Made by a program: the position numbers and the translations under genes. The notes under the pieces are model-generated. The model saw only the letters and a program-made list of their open reading frames with translations. It ran no database searches and had not been told where the DNA came from. A stretch of DNA of 41,498 nt from an uncultured Methanosarcinales archaeon (GTDB taxonomy: Archaea > Nanobdellota > Nanobdellia > Woesearchaeales > CAXGTL01), in NCBI GenBank assembly GCA_964535955.1, contig CAZHVK010000002.1, forward strand, positions 134,122 to 175,619. The letters are read 5' to 3'. Shown in pieces: positions 37,302-41,498 of this stretch (position 1 is the first letter of the stretch; each line of letters opens with the position of its first letter).

Positions 37302-37359
37302 AAGCTTTCGAAAATCCTAAAGATTTTTGAAGGCTTAAAAATGTTTTTTAACATTTTTA
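37302..37359. repeat. twin-hairpin palindrome between hjc and tfe
   Basis: AAGCTTTCGAAAATC/GATTTTTGAAGGCTT (15 bp, 2 G-T) next to TAAAAATGTT/AACATTTTTA. Confidence 0.55.
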
Positions 37360-37410
37360 TTGCTTTCTAAAAATTACATTTATTTTTTTTATTTTTATAC
37401 AGAATACTTA

Positions 37411-37824
37411 CTATAATCTTTGTTGCCTAAACACACCAATTAATTCTCTAAACTCTAATCCTTTTAATTTTGAAGTCTTAAAATCAACCAAATAATTTTT
37501 TCCTCTACTTATCTTCATATCTTCAATATTAAAAAAATACCATTTATCATTATCAAACCTAACACCAACCCATGCTTCTGCACCAAATTTCTTACAAAAT
37601 TCCTGAAGTTCATCAACCTCCCTCTTTGACAAATAAACTTTATTGTCTTTGGTTGCTTTGCATTCTATTGCAAGTTTTCTTAGATTGTTTCCTGCTATAA
37701 TGTCTGGAAGAGGATAACCCATTGAACCTGAACCTGCACATCTGAATGCTGCCCAATCATATTTCCAGAATAGGTGAACCAATTCTCTTTCAGCATTAGA
37801 ACCTTTTGCTTTTTTATTTTTCAT
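37411..37824 (-). CDS. hjc: Holliday junction resolvase Hjc
   Basis: KGSNAERE, RCAGSG, PDIIA, IECK. Confidence 0.95.
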   Translation of the reverse strand: MKNKKAKGSNAERELVHLFWKYDWAAFRCAGSGSMGYPLPDIIAGNNLRKLAIECKATKDNKVYLSKREVDELQEFCKKFGAEAWVGVRFDNDKWYFFNIEDMKISRGKNYLVDFKTSKLKGLEFRELIGVFRQQRL

Positions 37825-37825
37825 T

Positions 37826-38725
37826 TCACAAACTAATCTTCATAAAATCTTCAGCACAAATCACATTATCAAAGTAAGTCTGTGCATCTTCTTGAATCTC
37901 TAATGTATTTTTATAACGTTGAGAAAAATGTGTTAAAATAAGTTTCTTAACATTAGCTTGATTAGCAATCATTGCAGCATCTTTGCTTGTCATATGCTTA
38001 AACTCTCTTGCTTTATTAGCTAATTTAGAAGAATAAGTTGATTCACAAATCAAAACATCAGAATCCTTTGCTAATTCAATAGCATTATTACACATTTCAG
38101 TATCAACAATATAACTTATCTTCTTACCCTTGACCATATAAGTTGCATCTTCAACCTTATACACTTTGCCTTTATATTTCATATCTTTACCAGCTGACAA
38201 ATCCTTTAGATGAGATCCTTCTTTGATCTTATTCTTCTCTAAAAAACTTTTATCAACATTTCTTCTATTTTTTTCAACAAAAGCATAAGCTACACAAGGT
38301 GTATTATGTTTCAGATTGGCAGCCATTATTTGAAAATCCTTACAATTATAAACAACTTCAGGCTTTTTTGCATCAATTTCAACAATCTTTAGATTAACTT
38401 GCACATCAAAATATATTGCATCCATTATACATTTGATTCTTTTCTGAGTTCCTTTTGGTCCAAATATCATAATTTTTGGATTAACTTCTCTATTACCTAT
38501 AGTTTGTAATAAACCAATCACACCAGATACATGATCACCATGCCAGTGTGTTAAAAGTATCTTTGTTACTTTATTTCTATTGATTCCTGTGATATTCATT
38601 TGTCTCTGAGTTCCTTCTCCACAATCAAATAATATACCTTCAGACCTATATTTAAGAAAAACTCCTGGTACATTTCTTTCTTTTGTAGGAACCATACATG
38701 ATGTTCCTAGGAATGTTAGTTGCAT
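37826..38725 (-). CDS. rnz: ribonuclease Z
   Basis: FLGTS, FDCGEGTQ, THWHGDH, CESTY, THFSQRY. Confidence 0.96.
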   Translation of the reverse strand: MQLTFLGTSCMVPTKERNVPGVFLKYRSEGILFDCGEGTQRQMNITGINRNKVTKILLTHWHGDHVSGVIGLLQTIGNREVNPKIMIFGPKGTQKRIKCIMDAIYFDVQVNLKIVEIDAKKPEVVYNCKDFQIMAANLKHNTPCVAYAFVEKNRRNVDKSFLEKNKIKEGSHLKDLSAGKDMKYKGKVYKVEDATYMVKGKKISYIVDTEMCNNAIELAKDSDVLICESTYSSKLANKAREFKHMTSKDAAMIANQANVKKLILTHFSQRYKNTLEIQEDAQTYFDNVICAEDFMKISL

Positions 38726-38780
38726 ATAGTATACTAGCATAGAAAGCTTTTTAAATTTAACTCCATTTTTCACTACTATT

Positions 38781-39425
38781 ATGACTAAAAAGAAAAATAA
38801 AGAAAAATTAGAAAAAAAACAAAAAATAGAAGAAACTAATGAAAAAGTACAAGAAGATGTTTCAGAAGCAAAAACTACTGATGAATCAAAAGCAAAAAAA
38901 GAAATAGTTAAATCAATATTTGCAAAACAAAGAGTTATTACTGAAGAAGGTGATACAGCTAGAGAGCTCTATAACAAAAGTTGTTATGGTAAGATACTTG
39001 ATGACAAAAAGGTACAATTATCATTATGCGAAGGATTATATCTTTTAGAAAAAGGTAAATTAATAGTACTGGATGGAAGAAGCAAACCTATTCCTTCTGA
39101 CAAATTCATTAAAAAAGCACAAAAATCAGAACCAAACTTTTGGATAAGATATTGTGTATTTAGAGATTTTAGAAACAGAGGTTATGTAATCAAGACAGCA
39201 CTTAAGTTTGGTGCAGATTTCCGTGTTTATGACCGTGGAATTAAGCCAGGCGAAGATCATGCAAAATGGATAGTTTTTCCAGTTCACGAAGGTTCTACAT
39301 TAACATGGCATGACTTTTCTGCAAAGAATAGAGTTGCACATTCCACTAAGAAAAGACTTCTGATCGGTGTAGTTGATGAAGAAGGTGATGTTACTTATTG
39401 GGAAGTTGCTTGGAAAAGGCCTTAA
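38781..39425 (+). CDS. endA: tRNA-splicing endonuclease (single-unit, alpha4-type)
   Basis: LKFGADFRVY, DHA, RVAHSTKK, VDEEGDVTY. Confidence 0.94.
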   Translation: MTKKKNKEKLEKKQKIEETNEKVQEDVSEAKTTDESKAKKEIVKSIFAKQRVITEEGDTARELYNKSCYGKILDDKKVQLSLCEGLYLLEKGKLIVLDGRSKPIPSDKFIKKAQKSEPNFWIRYCVFRDFRNRGYVIKTALKFGADFRVYDRGIKPGEDHAKWIVFPVHEGSTLTWHDFSAKNRVAHSTKKRLLIGVVDEEGDVTYWEVAWKRP

Positions 39426-39481
39426 TTTAATTCTAAAGAATTAAGTAAAGAAATTAAATAAAAAAAATAAAATAATTAATC

Positions 39482-39901
39482 TTATTTAGGGATATGAGTT
39501 TTTATATTACTTTCAAGTGTTTCAAATATAATCTTTAATGATTCTAAATGAGCAACATATTCAGTATGAATTTTTTTTTGTTCTATAATTGGCTCTGAAG
39601 AATTACCTAATCCAAGAATTTCAATTGCTACTTCAAACCATTTTTCTAATTTGTTCACACTTGATAAAAGTATATTCTTATCTGCTTCACCATATTTTGT
39701 AGTAAATTCTGAATAAGCATAATCTTTAACTTTATTTAATAATGGGCCAATATGACGATCACGATATGTTTTAAAATTTGCTAAATAAAATGCCAGATTT
39801 TGATGTGTATAGTCTGCTCGTTTTATGATCCCTCCTTTTATTGCTTCCCTAGCTATTTCTAACAACTCATAAATTTCTTTTGTTTTTGTTTCTTTACCCA
39901 T
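39482..39901 (-). CDS. hypothetical protein
   Basis: 139-aa ORF with an upstream TATA-like sequence; no family recognised. Confidence 0.6.
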   Translation of the reverse strand: MGKETKTKEIYELLEIAREAIKGGIIKRADYTHQNLAFYLANFKTYRDRHIGPLLNKVKDYAYSEFTTKYGEADKNILLSSVNKLEKWFEVAIEILGLGNSSEPIIEQKKIHTEYVAHLESLKIIFETLESNIKTHIPK

Positions 39902-40059
39902 ATTTTATCACATTATTTTATTTGTAGTAAATAATAATATAATAATGGTATATAAAGGTTTGTATAATTTATTAATTAAATGCTTGAAAAAGGCCTTAAT
40001 TCTAACTATATTTTTAAAGTATAGAAATCTTTATAAAAACCAAATTGTTCTTACAAAAC

Positions 40060-41229
40060 ATGGTTATCACACAAGATGATGTCTTGGAATTTGTACAAAA
40101 GAATGGCCCTTTGTTATCAATTAAAGTAGCAAAACATTTTAAGATAAACACTACATATGCAGGAGCATATTTATCAGAACTAGTTTCTAAAAAAAAGATA
40201 AGATTTTCACACTTAAAAATAGGAACATCACCATTATATTATATAGATTCTCAAAAAGAAAAACTTCAAGAATATTCTGAAAAACTAAATCTTGGGGAAA
40301 AAAGAGCATTTGACATATTAAAACAAAAGAAAATACTTAGAGATAAAAAATTGGATGCAATTACAAGAAATTCATTAAGAAACTTAAAAGATTTTGCAGT
40401 ATCTATAATTGTTAATTATAAAAACCAAAAAGAGATTTTCTGGAAATTTTTTACATTAAACAATGATGAAGCACAAAAGTTAATAAAAGAGATAATCACA
40501 CCTTCAAAACCAGAACCAAAAAAGATCAAACCAAAAATACAAGAGACAAAAGAAAAAGAAGAGATACAAACACCTGAAAAGATAATAAAACAAGATATTG
40601 ACAAGCAAAAACAAGGATTCTTAGAAAAACAAAAACAGATAAAAAAGAAAGAAGAAGAACTACTAAAAGAGAAAAAAGAACTAGAAAAAGACCTTCATCT
40701 TAAGATAGAACAAGAACACAAAGAACTAGAAAAACAGAGAAAAGAATTCTTGAAAGAGCAGCAAGAAATGAAAAAACAAAGACAAGAATTAATGGGTATG
40801 ATGGAAGAGATTAGACAAGAAAGATCACAATTAGAAAGAATAAGATCAGGCAAAGAACCAATCAAAGCAGCAATACAAAAAAAGATAGTACCAATCCAAG
40901 AAAGAGTAGAAAAAGAAAAAGATCCTTTCTTCACAAAGATAAGAGAATATATGAAATCAAACCAGATGAAGATCAAAGACTATGAAATCATTAAAAAAGG
41001 CCAAGTTGACTTGACAATCAGTATACCAGCAGCAATCGGTGAAGTAGATTACTATTGCTGTGCAAAGAAAAAGAAAAGGTCTAATGAAGGTGATTTATCA
41101 ACAGCTTACATCAAAGGTCAAAACAAGAAACTACCTACTTTATACTTATCCTTAGGCAATATCACTAAAAAAGCACAGGAAATGCTTACAAAAGAGTTTA
41201 AAGGTTTGGTTGTCAAGAAGATAGAATGA
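40060..41229 (+). CDS. hypothetical protein: wHTH-like N-terminus, coiled coil, alpha/beta C-terminal domain
   Basis: Long ORF; GPLL...YLSELV...GTSPLYY N-terminus, KEQ-rich coiled coil, VDL...AKKKK...EGDL C-terminus. Confidence 0.75.
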   Translation: MVITQDDVLEFVQKNGPLLSIKVAKHFKINTTYAGAYLSELVSKKKIRFSHLKIGTSPLYYIDSQKEKLQEYSEKLNLGEKRAFDILKQKKILRDKKLDAITRNSLRNLKDFAVSIIVNYKNQKEIFWKFFTLNNDEAQKLIKEIITPSKPEPKKIKPKIQETKEKEEIQTPEKIIKQDIDKQKQGFLEKQKQIKKKEEELLKEKKELEKDLHLKIEQEHKELEKQRKEFLKEQQEMKKQRQELMGMMEEIRQERSQLERIRSGKEPIKAAIQKKIVPIQERVEKEKDPFFTKIREYMKSNQMKIKDYEIIKKGQVDLTISIPAAIGEVDYYCCAKKKKRSNEGDLSTAYIKGQNKKLPTLYLSLGNITKKAQEMLTKEFKGLVVKKIE

Positions 41230-41259
41230 TTTATATATAATTAAAAACAAATTACTTCT

Positions 41260-41498
41260 ATGCAAATATTTGAAAAAAGAGAATTAGAAATATGTGGATT
41301 ATTCTACTTAGAAAATGTATTAGCATTCATGCTTCAAGTAGCACCAGTCTTTATTATAGTCTGGTTCAGAGAACTTAACTTCTCACTAACACAGATAGGA
41401 ATATTAACAGCAGCAGCAGCTTTATCCATTTTAATATTTGAAATACCAACAGGAGCAGTTGCAGACATATATGGAAGAAAGTTCTCAGTCATATTAGG
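41260..41498 (+). CDS. MFS transporter, 5' part (runs off window)
   Basis: Translation MQIFEK...FEIPTGAVADIYGRKFS contains MFS motif A. Confidence 0.88.
   Translation, partial: MQIFEKRELEICGLFYLENVLAFMLQVAPVFIIVWFRELNFSLTQIGILTAAAALSILIFEIPTGAVADIYGRKFSVIL

Noticed and set aside
38862..38881. TCAGAAG...CTACTGA in the EndA N-terminal extension as another element copy
   Set aside because: Too degenerate to distinguish from chance
461..40976. Numerous short antisense ORFs rich in F/L/S/I (e.g. 16816-17142, 28803-29378, 32379-32849)
   Set aside because: Shadow frames of A-rich genuine genes; no recognisable motifs

Overview
AT-rich archaeal core-genome segment, most consistent with a DPANN (Woesearchaeota-like) genome given the fused PriS-PriL primase, the Lys/Glu-rich ribosomal-protein tails and the streamlined operons. 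It holds the large r-protein superoperon (uL3 to uL15, secY, an EMC3/DUF106 insertase, eL34, eL14; adk and cmk absent from their usual slots) and the uS13-uS4-uS11-rpoD-eL18-uL13-uS9-rpoN operon. Other genes include hef, htpX, primase, PAN, ppa, pheS/pheT, TFE, Hjc, RNase Z and EndA. A 100-N scaffold gap lies at 27830-27929. I saw no tRNA, rRNA, CRISPR array or transposase. Two unannotated signals stand out. (1) A complete double-guide C/D box sRNA at about 24134-24206, whose guides point to the 23S rRNA peptidyl-transferase centre, including U2552. (2) A set of short twin-hairpin palindromic elements. Some sit in frame inside r-protein genes (a 46-nt element shared by uS3 and uL15). Two sit exactly at translation starts, with direct repeats and coupled mini-ORFs (before uS19 and rpoD). 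One is a MITE-like 141-bp unit with a 14-bp direct repeat (pan-ppa). All family assignments come from motif recognition, not database searches.
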